A stretch of 64,000 bases of DNA from Octopus vulgaris (Eukaryota): NCBI GenBank assembly GCA_951406725.2, contig OX597814.1, forward strand, positions 78,430,001-78,494,000, given 5' to 3'. The translations under genes were made by a program, and so were the position numbers. Shown here piece by piece: positions 25,402-40,600 of the stretch. Below the pieces are notes generated by a model. That model was not told the origin of the DNA. It did no database searches and saw only the letters and a list, made by a program, of their open reading frames with translations. Numbering within the stretch: position 1 is the stretch's first letter; every line of letters begins with the position of its first letter.

Positions 25402-28400
25402 GCTGATATTAATATATTTAATATAGTTAGTATTGAAAAGATAATTATAAATGATTATGCCTTGAGAAAGCAGTGAATATGGGACACAATTCTGGAATGG
25501 TTTTAATCTTATTAGACCTTTTCAGCACAGCACAGAAGTCTATACTCCATTCTTTTACCCACTAAAATGTACATGGCTGATTACTTGTTGCTGTTAACAA
25601 TTCATAAAATGTCAAAAGATTTACTTTATTTACTACACGGAGTGTATGGCAAATTAGTAAAGTTCGTCATGCTCCTTAGGACACTTAATGCCAGAGCCTT
25701 ACCTGTTTTCAACGTATATAAGTGATGGAAATCACACCACTCCCCACCCCGAGAAAGGAATGCCAAGTCATTGTCAGGTTCAACCTCCCAGTTACTGCTA
25801 GAACTCATTTACAGCTAAGCGGATTGGAACAGCAGAAAATGAAGAGTTTTGCTCAACAAAACAATGCACTGGCTGGTCCAGGAAGCAGTGATGAGAGAAT
25901 CACTAACAATAAAGAGTAAATGGATCTCCAATTTTCATGGTGTGTCTTCAACTGTTTGATTAACTGAATTACCTGCTCATAGAATTAGTATTCAAGTGGC
26001 TCAACATAATTCCTTGGCTAGAATCAGCCTGACAGAGTGACATGGTTTAGACTTTTAAAATCTTAGGTACAATTCCATCAATCCAAATTCAATCACAAAG
26101 GCTTAGGCCAACCTGGTATGATGGCAAAAGATATTTGCCCTAAATGTTATGTAGTGGGATTGAACCTGGGGCTGTGTTACTGCAGTGTTAACTTCTTGAC
26201 CATCTGATCATATTAAGTCCAATATATGACTAAATAAATATACAATAGTGTACATAAGTTGGTGTAAAAATTAGTGCATTTTAAATTTTGGAGATGTCAT
26301 CCACATGATTAACCTTTTAGCATTCAGATTATTTTGCCAAATGTAATGCTTATTTATTCATTGTTTTGACTTAATCATGCATTATCTTGTAACTTCAAGA
26401 TGATGCAATTGTTTAGTTTCACAATGACATTGTAGGGTAGGTGAGAGAGCCTGGATCTAGCCAGTTTGAATATAAAATAGGTAGAATATTTTAGCTGGAT
26501 ATGGCCAGTTTAAATGCTAAATGGTGAAAGAAAAAAGAAAAGAAAAAAAAACAATAATTAACCATCTTCGTTGTGAATACTGTGCAGTTCTGGGATATGA
26601 ACTATCAACTGGTAACCTTATATTATTACCCTTATACCCTAATAAATAAACTGCTAGTTGCACAGCTTTAAATCATTCATATGTAATCAAGCAGCCTTGT
26701 AGTACAGAGGTACTTGACTGAATAACTAGACACAACCCACAAATTTATTGTTGTGCATACATTTTGACCTCTGTCTAGCTGAAAGCTAAACTGCAAACTC
26801 TGATATGCAATGATAACTTATATTAAGTGCACTATGGCAGTTTACATCTGTTATATTCTGTTATATTCTTTCCGTCACTGCCCACTGATTATTGTTGCTG
26901 TTGTTATTGCTTTTGTTCAGCCACAAGTCAGCCCTGATCGATTGGACCTGAAATTCAAAGATATTTCAGTTGTGACCATCTTGTCTTTTTTTTTTTTTTT
27001 TATATATATATCCAGGACTACACTGTCCAATGTAATAGTACTTCTTAAAAACAGAGTATTAACTGAAAGAAATTTTGCTATTATTTCTAAAATGTCAAAC
27101 AACTATGAAGAGGTTTTACACTGATACACATGCCTGCATGTTCTTGTAGTAGCTACAGTAGACAGCTGCTACTCCTCTGCACTATTTGGCTCAAACATCT
27201 GGTCCTGAGATGAGCTGTCCAATTTCAGCAACACATTAGGTTAAACTAACAGAACAAAGTTTGATCACATCTGTTATACTGAATTAAAGTACAGGGACAG
27301 AGATCAATCTAAACAATACTTTTGAAAAAGAGAGAGAGAAAAAAACTAAGCGTTCAAAACACTGAATGCATATCTTGTCAATTCTAATTTAGTTTTACAT
27401 GGTTAAAATCTAGAACATCATGTAAGTGTGTTTAGATTATAAACAAATTACTATAAAGAAAATGATTTACTTTAGCTATGTTGTAAATCATAACAAACAC
27501 TATCCAATAACAAGTTGATTTTCTATCAGTGAAATCTGTTACAGAGAAAAATATTAGCAACATTGAGATACGATAAAGAACAGCGAGTGCGTGATCAACA
27601 GCTGTTACACTAAATACATTTCAATTTAAAAACTCATTTAATTAGTAAGATACTGGGTTTGTCGGAGACTTGTACATCATAACATAAGACAATAAGAAAC
27701 CTAATTCTTTTTTTTTTTTTAATTTGATTTCTAATATGCACTTAAATGTGAAATTATGGAGAACATCACAGCATACATAGGTGATAAGTTACCAGATAAT
27801 TCAATCTGCAGTCCAAGTTCTATTTAAAGTTGTAGCTATTTCATTTCTACTAACACCTGAAAGGATATAAGTATCACAACTTCAACTAACAAAAATCTAT
27901 ATGGCTGATTTAATAGATATCAATGAGTTACAAAGTGTCCAAAGATTGACTTTATTTACATAACTGGATGCATGATCAGTTAGTAAGGTCAATCAGGATT
28001 CCTAGGATTCATAAGGTCAGACTCTTACCTGGTTTCCATAGCATATAAGTGACTAAGATCACAACCTCCACCACCCCACATACCCCTAAATGGAATCCGT
28101 GTCCATTGTAGGCTCAAATTCCCAGCTCATTCCTAGGGCCAAATACCCTGGTCAAATTGCAGGGTCAAATTCCCAGCTGTAGTTGAATGGATTGGAGCAA
28201 CATGAAATGAAGTTTTTCTGTCCAAGAACACAATATACTGCCTGGTCTAGGAAATGAAACTGTGATCTTACAATTATGACACCCTAACCACTGGGCAATA
28301 TGCCTTCACCTGAAGTAGGGATTAAATCAATATTTATTAATATATCCCTTCTTGAAAATCTCAAAAATGAAATGAAATAAATAAAATTTGTTTTTCTAAA

Positions 28401-28879
28401 AAGAAAACATCTACTATCCAACTACTACATTTGATTTCTAAAAATTAGATTCACAAAATGCTGTACATTATATAAGTAAAACTGGTAATTCAAGAGCCTG
28501 ATTATCTTTAAAAAAAGATATCAAATTATCAAAATACTATAATTACAAGAACAATAGATAAGCTGAATGAAAAGTGCAGCCAAGATAAAATAATAATGAT
28601 ATTGATCTTTGAAAGTCAAGGGAATTACAAAACAAAAAAGAAAATAAAAGCATGTTAAACACTTAGAGCCCTACATCAAAATATTTAACAAACATCTTAA
28701 AACTGAATTTGTCTATAATGTTTTCTAACATAAGCACAAGGCCACAAATTTTGGGAGAGGATATAGTTGATTACATCAGTCCCAGCCTTTAATAATGAGT
28801 CCCCCACCCCATCAGTAACTATTTAATCTCAGACCAAGGTAGAAAATATGCTCTATTCTTAGGGAAGCAAAGACAGATG

Positions 28880-30400
28880 AAGTACTAACTAGGTGTAAAC
28901 TATACTGAGCACTCATAGACTTAGAGAGGAACTCTGACAAGGTATCTCAGTCTATAATCTGGTGGTCACTAATGAAGCTGCAGGTAGATGAATGGCTTAT
29001 TAGGACTGTTACAAGGTATGTACAGAAGTGTAGTCAGCAAAATGAGAGTAAGGAGTTTAGTGGTGAATTTGATTTGCAATTAAACATCCATCAGGGCTCA
29101 GTTCTCAGCCTCAAGCCATAACAGAAGTGCTTAAGACCAGCTGTCTGTGAGAATTTCTGTACTACGGTGACCTAGTTCATATCGCAGACTCTGCACAAAT
29201 TTTAGAAAAGGAATTCCAAACATGGAAGCAAAACAGAATTAAAAGTAAACTTCATAAGGACTAAGGTTTTAGTAAATAAGAAAAGATGGTAGAACCCTGC
29301 TACCATCAGGGAAATGGCTGCATTCAATGCACAGAAAAGGAGGAGGTAACAATTTGAAATGGTGTAACTAGTGTAAAACAATGGATGCAGAGAGGTGTAG
29401 AGGGACCACAGGCAAGCCAACAAAAATACATTTGATCTGTAACAAGTGCACAGAAAAAATAAGCATAATGAACACCCTGAAAATAAATTCTAACAACCAA
29501 GCAATTCCTAAGAAGTAGTTAATGGCTTCATTTACCTACAAAAACTAATTAGCAATGGGGAGTGGATATTCTGAAAGAGCTAGAATAAAAATAGATAGTA
29601 AAAGCTCAGGGTGCTACTACCTCCACTGGAAATAAAGGGCTTCTCCATCAGAGTGAAGAGCATGATGCTTATGTGAAATGGTTGATATGAAATAATAGTG
29701 AGATGTAGGTTTTAAATACAGAGGACTTTTGAAGAGTAGAAAGAAGTGAAGTGAGTTTGCTCAACTGGATGTGTAACATTAGTATGCATGAATGATAGAG
29801 GAAAATTGAATATGCGAGGAATCAAATGTAGTATGCAAGAGAGAAATTTGTGCTGATATGGGCACGTGACACATATGGAGGATAGCAGCTGTTATAGTAT
29901 AAGGGTGGTTAGAGCGCTGGGCTCACCATCATGAGGTAATGAGTTCAATTCCCGGATTGGGCTATGTGTTACATTCTTGAGCAAGACACTTTATTTCATA
30001 TTGCTCCAGTTCACTCATCTGTAGAAGTGAGTTGCAATGTCACTGGTGCCAAGCTGTATTGGCCTTTGCCTTTCCCTTGTATAACATCAGTAGTGTGAAG
30101 AGAGGGTGCTGATATGCATGGGTGGCTGCTGGTCTTCCATAAACAACTTGCCTGGACTTGTGCCTAAGGGGGGAATTTTCTAAGTGCAATCCCATGGTCA
30201 TTTATCACCGAAAGGGGTCTATACCCCTTTTAGTATAAGGATACTATATAAGAGCTCAAAATGAATGGAACCTGTGAAGACTTGGAACAAAGAGGTGAAG
30301 ACTGATCTCAGCTTGTATTTAACAAAGGATATGACTGAGGATCATAACAACTAGTACCATGCTATACTGGAAAAAACCCAACTACCCATGCGAGCAGGGC
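28880..30400 (+). mobile_element. Decayed RTE-like LINE interrupted by a SINE
   Basis: Remnants of HQGSVLS (catcagggctcagttctcagc), the LY(A)DDL region, VN..KTKVLV and the C-terminal W.GHV.. motif, with many stops. Confidence 0.65.
29905..30230 (+). mobile_element. tRNA-derived SINE family C with 10-bp TSD (copies at 19435-19692-, 47358-47669-, 58931-59263+)
   Basis: GTGGTTAGAGCG..GAGTTCAATTCC head and TTCTTGAGCAAGACACTTTATTTCA core. TAGTATAAGG is duplicated at 29895-29904 and 30231-30240. Confidence 0.8.
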
Positions 30401-32880
30401 AAAACATACAATAAAATAGGGGTAGTTATGGGGGGGATACATAATATAAATCTATAACTGGGCCTTATGCTCATTTTGTGCCTAAAAAGTCTCTATCTGA
30501 CGTGCAACTTGCCTATACAATACTTTCTCATCTCCCTATGACCCCTTTTCTTACTTTACTGAACCAAGCCACCTGTGTAATAAAAGAAAACATTAGATCT
30601 GTCCATATTCAACCCCTGCTACTACTCCAGTCTTCCCATCATGAGCAATAAAAGAGAGCAAGTCGCACGGACACACACACACACTTTAGGGCATGTAGTT
30701 CCCAATATATTTTAAGACAGATGGTCATGAATAGAAGGCTTTCCTCATAAGTCTACTCAGTTGTGACTGACCTGGAGTTAAATAACATCACCCATAAATG
30801 TTTCCAACCAACAACAAATATTCCACATCAATGATTGTCGACTTTTTCTCAGCTTGCTGTATTTTGCCATTCATCCTTTACTTCCACTAAAAACACACTC
30901 TAAGTAATTTCTATATATAAAAGCTCAAGTCACAGCCCAAACCCTATCTTTAGATTTTTATTGTATAAACTAGCATGTTAGCACTAACTTAAAAATTAAT
31001 TTGAAACTGCAGTCAATAATAGATGACAGATCACCACCATCATCATCATTATTATTATTATTGCTTTAACATCTGTTGCTGCTATAAGGATTTGGTTTAG
31101 ATAGGTCTACTGTACAGTGTGTCACCACTTATCTTGGTTTTGCATATAATCTCTTTCATCTATGACACCCAACATCTTCAGATCTGTCCGATTTTATCGC
31201 TTTTCCCACTAACTCCACATGTTTGTATAAGCCTTCTTTTGTTAAGCACCTTCTACTGATGTATACATCACTTCTTCATCACTTATAAAATGGTAATGTG
31301 TTTTTATAATGGCAATTAATTATCAAGAAATTAATCTGATCCTGTCAAAATTTTAAAACAGTTGTGAATGCAAACTTCCAGAGACTGATAAGAAGCAGAG
31401 ATAAAAATATGCTTAGAATGCTTGAAACTAAATCAATTCAGTGACAACCGCAATTAATTTAAACAAATCTAAATTTAAGAGAGGACAGTAAAACTGAGAC
31501 TGCCTTTTCTGCTCCACAGTATACAATATTATTAGAGATTGTTAAATAACAGTTATTAGATACTAACCCACCTGAAACCACTTCTGGTTCTATGAAGTAA
31601 AACTTGCATTAATGTGATTACTTTAAACAATTTAGTATTCAAATTACTTTGTCAAATGTAATAGTTATTTATTCATATCATTTTGAATTAATCATGTATT
31701 ATCTTGTAGCTTTGAAATTTTGATAATGTGATTTTCATATTTTAATAGTGACATTGTATGATAGGTATGAGAGGCCAAATCTGACCAATTTGAACATAAA
31801 ACAGGTAAAATATTTGAGTTAGATAAGGCTGCTTTAAACATTAAAAGGTCAAATTAAAGCCTTCCATCTTTAATTTATATAAAGAATCTTTTTGCTATGT
31901 TTCAAACATGAATATCTTACTAAACTCTTACAAATTATTATTATTATTCCAAATATTATTATTATTTTCCAAATCAATTAAAAACTGTAAGCAATGTATG
32001 TATTTAGAAATTTGATAATGAAAGGCTTAAGATAACTGTGGAAAGGTATGAAGTTAGAAGACTGCATGACCAACATATAATTAAAACAATAAGCAAGATA
32101 TAATTATGACGCTTAGCAAGATATAATTACAATAAACAACTTTCTCAACAAAAGAAGCTTCCATATAGTCTGCTGCAAATGTAGCAGTCATTCAAATGAT
32201 TTTTCCTAGGTCTACACAAGCAGAATGAACTGAGGTAGCTAGTAAAAACAATTACAAGTCTTATCACTTCTGATTTGTTGAGAGAGTTGATAACTTTTGT
32301 GAAACTGTTTCATAAAATTCCAGAGTACTCCAACTATTCCCATTAAAAAGCTAAAAATAATAACCCACTGCATTTAAAGGAAGACATGCTTATAAATATT
32401 ATTGCCAAGAAATTTAGTGAAAACAAATCTAAGCACAAAGACTTTGGCAAGGTAGTAGTAGTAGTAGTAGTAGTAGTAGTAATAGAAGCAACAGCAGCAG
32501 CAGAGGTGCTGGTAGTAGTAGTTGTGGTGGTGGTGGTAGCAGAAGAGCAATTTCCATTTTCTTAGCTTATGTGCCAGTAACAACATTGAGATATATAATG
32601 AGGTGCTTCAATGACTGTGCTGATGTTTATACAGCATTTCCTTGGTTAATCTGAGTAGTGAAGGATGAGGGTTGTCATCTGACAACTGTGCACATTCTCT
32701 GACCAACTATTCTTTGTGTTATTAACAACAATAATAACATATGGTTTCAAATATTCGCAAAGGGCCCAGCAGTGTTTGAAGGGACGGGGAAGTTGATTAC
32801 ATTGACTCCAGTATTTGGCTGGAACTTATTTTATCGATCCTGAAAGTTAACCTTGGTAGAATTTCATCCAGCTTGCTGCC

Positions 32881-32931
<51 letters not shown>

Positions 32932-33479
32932 GTAATGGTTTCAGATTTTGGTACAAGGCTAGCAATTTCAGGGAAAAGGATAAGTCAATTACATCAACCC
33001 GAGTGCACAACTGGTACTTATTTTATCAACCCCAAAAGAGTGAAAGGCAAAGTCGACTTCAGCAGAATTTGAACTGAGAACAAGATGACAGATAAAATGC
33101 CAGAGCATTTTGCCCAGCATGCTAACAATTCTGCCAGCTCAACATCTTCTTGATGATAATAACAATAATAATAATTTCTACTAAAGGCACAAGGCCTGGA
33201 ATTTGGGGGGAGGGGTTAAGTTGATTACATTTACCCCAGTACTCAACTGGTACTTAATTTATTGACCCCAAAAAGATGAAAGGCAAAGTTGACTCCCAAC
33301 AGGATTTGAACTCAGAGCATAAAGATGGATGAAATGCTAAGCATTTTGCCTGGTATGCTAATGATTCTGCCAGCTTGCTGTCTTAATAATAATAATGATG
33401 ATGATGACAACAATGGTGATGATGGTCACTCCAATCGATTTTGATCTATGAGTGTTTGAAGAAAAGGATTGAAAGCAAG

Positions 33480-34690
33480 AAAGAAAAAGAAGAATGAAAA
33501 TAAAAGAAGCTTTTGGACAAATTTGTCTTCTTTAATATGACACATTTTACCCTACACAGATTGGCCTAAGCAATAACTTTCCCAAGATGTCAAATTAAGC
33601 TGTACAGATTTTAATGATTGCTTCAACTTAGCCTTATACCTAAGGATGGATCTTCTTTTACTGTAGTATCTCTTTGCTTGTTGGCCATACAAAAGAATTT
33701 TCAGAATGCGATCATCTTTCATTCAAACATATCCAACCCATTTGCACTAAATTCCTAACAGGATACTTTTGATACTGGAGAGAGCACATTTTTCTAAAAT
33801 GTTGACATTTGATATCTTGCCATTTTATGTTGCAGCTATTGCACACACAGTACATGTGCAAAGTTTCATAAGGAATCCATGCTTCCACTCTGTATAAAAG
33901 TGTGCTCAAAATACAAGATTTGTATACACTTATTTTAAGTGATACCATATTCATCCCACAAATGGTGAGAAAGTTTTCCAAAAGCACTTGTAATGCTAGA
34001 TATCTAACATATTTCGTCATCAAAAGTGCTCTTAAAGTTTACTGTACTTCCAAGATATTTAAATGATATTATGCATTTAAGCAGCTTATTGTCAATCATC
34101 ATATCTAAATCTTGAGAATGTTCTGTTCTAAGCTTTGGTTGGAATAAAACTACAGTTTTCTTGATGCTGATAGTCAGCCTAAATGTACAAGCTGCTGCAG
34201 CAAACTTGTCAATTGTGTCCTGAATTTCTTCAAATGTATGAGAAATAAAAGGGCAATCATCAACCAACACAAAATCATGTAAAATCTCTTCCTTGGTCTT
34301 TTTCTTTGATTTGAAGCTTTGTCCATTTAGGTTTAGTGGATGTCCTTCTGTGTGAAACTGGAATTTTACACCTTCGTGGTAATCCATAAAAGTATGTTGG
34401 GAGTATCATCAAAAAGAATATGGAAAAAAGTACAGAACTGAAACACAGTCCTGTTTAGCTGAGTGGCAACAGAAAATGCTTCTAAATATTGACAGTTAGA
34501 TGCCACTGTTTCCATCATTCCTTCAGACAAAGATACCATTAACCTTAACATTTTATCAGGAAGACCAGCTTTTGACAAAATTTTCCAGAGCACCTCACAA
34601 TTCACTGTATCAAAGGCCTGGGTCAGCATTTTGCTCACATACTTTTTCTTGAATTTGTCAAAGGGTAAAAATCATGCCAACTGTGACAGC
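33480..34690 (-). mobile_element. Decayed RTE-clade LINE reverse transcriptase fragment
   Basis: ORFs 34366-34638, 34004-34387 and 33712-34023 give LTQAFDTVNCEVLWKILSK, VLVDDC (YADD equivalent), LTISIKKTVVL, FKYLGS and SCILSTLLY..EAW, broken by frameshifts. Confidence 0.85.
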
Positions 34691-34859
34691 AAAGGTAGAA
34701 TCTACAGGAAAAAAGTATCAATCACATTTTGTGAGAGTGCAGTATGCTAGCACAAACAGAGTACAAGTGCAGACATGAATGTGTAGGCGGAAGTGTGCAT
34801 TGGAATGTTAGTCAAGTATGTGGTTTCAAAGCAACAGTAAAAAGGCACAAACATGAACC

Positions 34860-35210
34860 AGAGGCTGTGATAGAAAATGAGAATTACAAGAGCTTGTAAG
34901 ACTTCACCATAAGGTCTGGGGTAAGAAGACCAGACATGATTACAGTGGACAAAATAAACAGAGTAAGATCATAGATTTTGCAATTCCCTATGATAGCAGA
35001 GTCAATATCAGAGAAATTTTTTGTAAAATGATAAATACCAGGATCTAACCAGGGTGTGGAAGACTAAGACAACAATTATTCCTGTAGTTAATTGGTGCAT
35101 TTGACATGACACCCAAAATGCTACCAGGACTGAAAGAAATTGGAATTGAAACTAGCACTGTTGGCCTGCAGAAAAGTACCATCTTATATTCTGCAAGAAT
35201 ATAGGATTAC
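34860..35210 (+). mobile_element. Decayed R4/Dong-like LINE 3' fragment (restriction-like endonuclease region)
   Basis: Piecewise translation RRPDMITVDK..IIDFAIPYDSRVNIRE..DKYQDL..WKTKTTIIPVVIGAF..LQKSTILYSARI. Confidence 0.7.
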
Positions 35211-37311
35211 CACCTTAGATTCTGCAAGGATATAGTGATTACACTGACCCCTGTTTTCTTGACCAGTACTATATTTTTTGACTCTGTAAAGATGAAAGGC
35301 AGAGTTGACTTCAGCAGGGTTTGAATTCAAAACATATGGAGCTAGAAAAATTTCACAAGTCAGTTTGTCTGATGCTCTGATGAACCAACCAATAGTTTCT
35401 AATTTAAGCACAATGTCAAAAATTTTGAGGAGAGTGATTTAGTCGATTATATTGATTCCCCCACACCAGGCTTAGCAAGTATGGATACAGTCCTGATTAT
35501 TAAATATGAAAGAAATCCAAAAGGTCCAAATCAGATTTAAAATGTAAACATACACTCACTCCAATGATATTAACCCCAGAGGGATGAAAAGCAAAGTTGA
35601 TCTTAATGGGATTTCAGCAGAGAACATAAAAATTGGGAACAACTACCACAGGGCATTTTCTCTGATGATCTAATGATTCTGCTAATCTCAATCTACTATT
35701 TTTAGTCATCATCATCATCATTTTAATGTTCACTTTTCCATGCTTGATTGGGTTGGGCAGAATTTAGTGAGGCACATTTTCTACAGCTGAATGCCCTTTT
35801 TGTTGCCAACCCTTATCTGTTTACAAGCAAGATAATATATCCCCATGACTAGACATGTTCTTACAGAATTTTGGAAATTAATGACACTGCTTGTATGACA
35901 GTGAAAATCAATAACAACTACTACATATCAAGACAAGGAAACACAATCACCCATATGCATATATATGAGTATTTATATATGTGTGTATGCATATACACAC
36001 ACACACACATACACATCTCATATACAGAATAACTTGCCCCAAATGCAAAGAAAATTATATTGGCAAAACCAACAATTCCCTTTTCCAATGTGCAAGAATC
36101 TCAAAGCAATGATTAAAATGAAATTGATGTCATGGATTGTCATTAACTTCAAGAAGCTATATGAATACAATACAATTTAATAGAAGCCCCTTTCTCTTTC
36201 ATTCTTGTCCTTCCTGTTGTTCTTCCTCCATTTTTTTTCCTTTCTACTCCTCTTCTTGTTATTCTTTCCTCTGACCAAGCCTGACAACTTGAAATGACAT
36301 TACCTTCAAACACCTGTGAGACTACTGATCATTAAAAATACAATAAAAGCCATCTCAGATAAAAAAAAAACAAAACTTGTCTCTCTTTCTTTTCACTTTT
36401 CTCACACACACACACACATTCACATAGCTCCCTTTTACATACACACACAAACTCACACAGATTTGAAACGCTGTTTGATTTATCTTTTTCACCAAACAGT
36501 TTCCATCATCCCACTACAAAATTTGCCATCACTCCTTACTTTCTCCTACATATGTTGTGACAGAGAAAACCAATAGTATTATTATAATAGATAAGGTACA
36601 AAACCAAGTTTTTAGTTCAATAATTCTTTTACTACCAAACTTGTGAAAAATCTATCGGCAACTAACATCCTTTGATAGCTTGTTTCCTTCAAAAGAATTT
36701 TAAAGTTTTCCTTCCTTCTTGTCAGACAAAGCCACATAAAGCTGGCTGTGACTAAATACAAGAGCTGGTAAGTAAATACCACATACACAGAGTTGAAACG
36801 CTGTTTGATTTTTCTTTTCAGTGTTGAATGTTAACCATCCCACTTCCATTGCATGCACACACACCCTTTTACATACACACACATATTCACACAGAGTTTA
36901 AACGCTGTTTGATTTATTTTTTCAGCGTACAATTTTCATCATCCTATTACCAAGTATGACATCACCCCTTCCTTCCTTATAACCCCTTTCTTTCTCATTC
37001 ATAAACACAAGAGTATTATTATAGTACATTATCTCGGTAACCATGAGAACTATAGAAAAAAAAATACAAAGCCCAGCAACACCACTGGATCATTCTACAC
37101 ATTTGTGTAATTTTTCGCACAATTCCACCCAGCCGTTTGTCCATGAATCCCAAGACAAGAAAATATACAAGAAAGAATCTCCCATGTCAAATTTATATGC
37201 ATAGAAAATACATACATATATATTTATTTATCATCATCATCATCATCATTTAACGTCCGCTTTCCATGCTAGCATGATACTTACATATAAGAGAACAAAG
37301 TGTACATACAC

Positions 37312-37349
<38 letters not shown>

Positions 37350-37516
37350 GCAAAACATCCAGACAACTAGGTGATACAAAAAGGGACAACAAAACATCCA
37401 GATAGTTGATACAAAAAAACAAAGACGGGTCATTCCTAGCTTTCTATCCTCAGTCGAGAACCAGATCATCCTCGCAATTTCAGCTGATTAATCTTGAGAT
37501 TGCTCCAATCTGGCCA

Positions 37517-37576
37517 GACACCAATACGGTGCCATTATATATATATATATATATATAATGGCACCGTATTGGTGTC
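37517..37576. repeat. Perfect 60-bp palindrome centred on (TA)n
   Basis: GACACCAATACGGTGCCAT-(TA)n-ATGGCACCGTATTGGTGTC. Confidence 0.95.
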
Positions 37577-38599
37577 ATGTAAAAGCATCCAGTCCACACT
37601 GTGAAGAGGTGGCATTAGGAAGAGTATTCAGCCATTAAAACTATGGTGCCATGCAAAAGCACTCAGTCTACACTATAAAGTGGTGGCGTTAGGAAGGGTA
37701 TTCAGCCACAAAAACCATGCCAAACCAGACAGGTGCTGGATGTAGGCCTGGTTTGTTGACCCCTGTCAAACCGTCCAACCATGCCAGCATGAAAAACGGA
37801 CGTTAAATGATGATGACGATGATACATATCATCAGGTGAAGGCATGGCTGTGTAGTAAGAAGTTTGCTTCCCAACCACATGGTTCCTGATTCAGTCCCAC
37901 AGTGTAACACTTTGGGAAAGTGTCTTCTAAAGCCTTTGGCTGACCAAAGCCTTGTGAGTGGATTTGGTAAATGGAAACTGAAAGAAGCTGGTCAAACATT
38001 ATATATATGTGTGTATGTATGTCTTTGTGTCCATTTGTCCTCAATAGCTTTTAAAGTTTGAAAATTTTGGGTAATTTTAGCCAATCCAAAGCCACAGACA
38101 TATAGGTACCTGTTTCCACAGTAAAAAGCCAAGCTATTACAGAGCTGCTTACCCACATGATCATTTTTCATTTATTAAATGCTTAAAATATATGAGGTAT
38201 GAGGTGGTCTTGAGATGTGCAGAAAATAACAGTTAATAGGCTTTAAATCATAGACTAAAATTTTCTTTATGATCGCATGAATTCCTGTGTCTAGAATACA
38301 AATTCACAAAAATTTTCTGAAATTTCCAAAAAATTAAAAAGTTATGAGGGGTTATATGGCATGCGTAAAGTAGAATTCCACAAATATTGCATTTGTATAT
38401 AACTGGCAACACATGCAGTCATGCACAAAGCAACAGCTTCCAAATCTTGTTTTCTGACAGGGTAAAAACGATCAAACTTTGAACCTCTGTAACTTCTTTT
38501 TAAAATTTTTCTGGAAAAAGTGAATTAGCCCATGAGATTCAGCGTGAAAAATTACATCAATACATAAAATTTTAAAATTTTCACTAAACTCTGAAATTT

Positions 38600-40600
38600 C
38601 TACAGGTGCAGCCATACAGGTGCATTTCCCAATGCACCCTTGACCACCAACCCAGAGTTACAATGAACAAAGCAAAAACACTTACCAAAACATCTAAAAA
38701 GTCCAGTGAAACCTTAGTTTCAGAATTCAGCAACCAACATAATACATACTCTCAAGAAATAATTGAATCATTAAAAAAATCCTACACAGTAACAAGAACA
38801 ACCCCAGTTATACATAAGAAAATAGCCAAGGGACAACTTTAAACACTGCCCATAACAGAAATAAAACTTAGCTTCAAGTAACTATACCCAGATATAGCAA
38901 ATAAAATACACAATAGTAAAAAAAAAATAGAAAGCTGTCAATCATTTCTGTCCAATAAAAACCACAAAAACAAACAGCAAAACACTAGATGGAGTAATTA
39001 GTAGCAGCCACTCCATAATACCAGCCTCAAATAACAAACCAACAACTCTAACACTCAAAAAAATTACATAAAGAAGACTGGAACACCAAATAAAAAGTGC
39101 ACACTTACTACCAGTATCATGATTTTATCCCATTCCTTCCATCAGATGCACAACATTATAAATGATATCTAAAATATCAAAATCCCTTGGGTTTGGCAAA
39201 AATACATATACCAAAAGAGAAAGATTGGGTGTGAAGGAATCAATACAACTAATCATACCAACAATATAAAATTCCAGAATCTGAAACTAGGCAGAAGTCT
39301 AACAATACCTTGAGTGAAGTAGAATCACCCTCCTATACATCCCCGGCAAAAACTCAAGAAAACTCTTTGACATTGCTGAAACACATCCTTTCTCTAAATC
39401 ACAATACTGATTCAAACTACTCCTCATACATAAACCAAAGATACATAGAAGCTTCACCAAGCAAAAAGTCCCAACACACACCATTTTAATTATAAGTGGC
39501 ATCAGCAGAGCTTTTGACTTGATCGCCTGCTATCCACTTGTACAGAAAAATACTTAACACCTCCTTAAGAAACAACATAAAACACTGGCTAGCTAAACTA
39601 CCTGTCAAACTGCCAGGAGTGCTTAATGTATAAAAACAACACTTTCAGAACTTGCAAATTTCCACCCTCTCCTGTATAGAGTATTACAAAAATTCATCCC
39701 CTCATCTAATTTTTTAAACCTATGCCTACACAACCTTAAATATATACACACAACCTTAAACAGATGACAATACACTCACATCCCGCAACCCCACTATTCT
39801 CCAAGCACAACTACCCCTTTATTCCAATCCTAGACCAATCACCTAAAAGCTTGGCTCCATTACAAAAGACTTACAGTAGCAGCTACTAAATCAAATTTCT
39901 TTTTAATAAAATCTAAAAACATCAAATAATAGAACTGACCATTCACACTCAGCCACATACACATAAAGAGAGAGAGAGAGAGAGAGAGAGAGAACAGTAC
40001 AGAAAGCAAAATGATGCACTAACATACAGTGTATGATATTTAGTCAACTGAAAGAAATTAAACTGTATATTTAACCAACATAAAAGAACAACAGTGGTTT
40101 ACAGATAAAGGTCTATTTTTCCCATGGAGGATGCCAGTCCTGCTTGAGACCCAATCTCATCACAAAGAAAAACACAATAATTTGCAAAGTACATAAAAAT
40201 AGCATACTACACATCAACACAGACCACACCTTACTCCACATATAAAACAAAACATACTAAAAATGAAAAGCCAACTGGATATGCAAGGATTAGTGTGTCC
40301 ATCCCACCTCACCAAACTTCAACACTCACAGACATTGCTACTACATTACAAAAGAAAAAAGAAAAGTCACTGAAAACACCCATACAAACAACACCTCTGA
40401 ACACTACTAGAAGAGTATAGTAAAAATACTATCTCTAACAGTCAACCCAAACAAACATAAAAAACACAAACATTGATGCACCAATAGCCTCATTAGCCAC
40501 AGTTATTCAGGGATGCAAATCTCTATTACTATCACTACTTCCCAAACCTAATTCAAATGCAACACACAAATCTCTCTTCCTTGAAATAAAACTTGAACTC
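38600..40600 (+). mobile_element. Highly decayed A/C-rich non-LTR retrotransposon
   Basis: Strong A/C strand skew, with remnants of ISRAFD (atcagcagagcttttgac, ~39500) and ADD (cagatgac, ~39761). No intact ORF. Confidence 0.45.

Noticed and set aside
37430-37460. Minus-strand CTGAGGA-TA-GAAA-GCTA hammerhead-like string
   Set aside because: No stem II, and stem I does not close next to the core.
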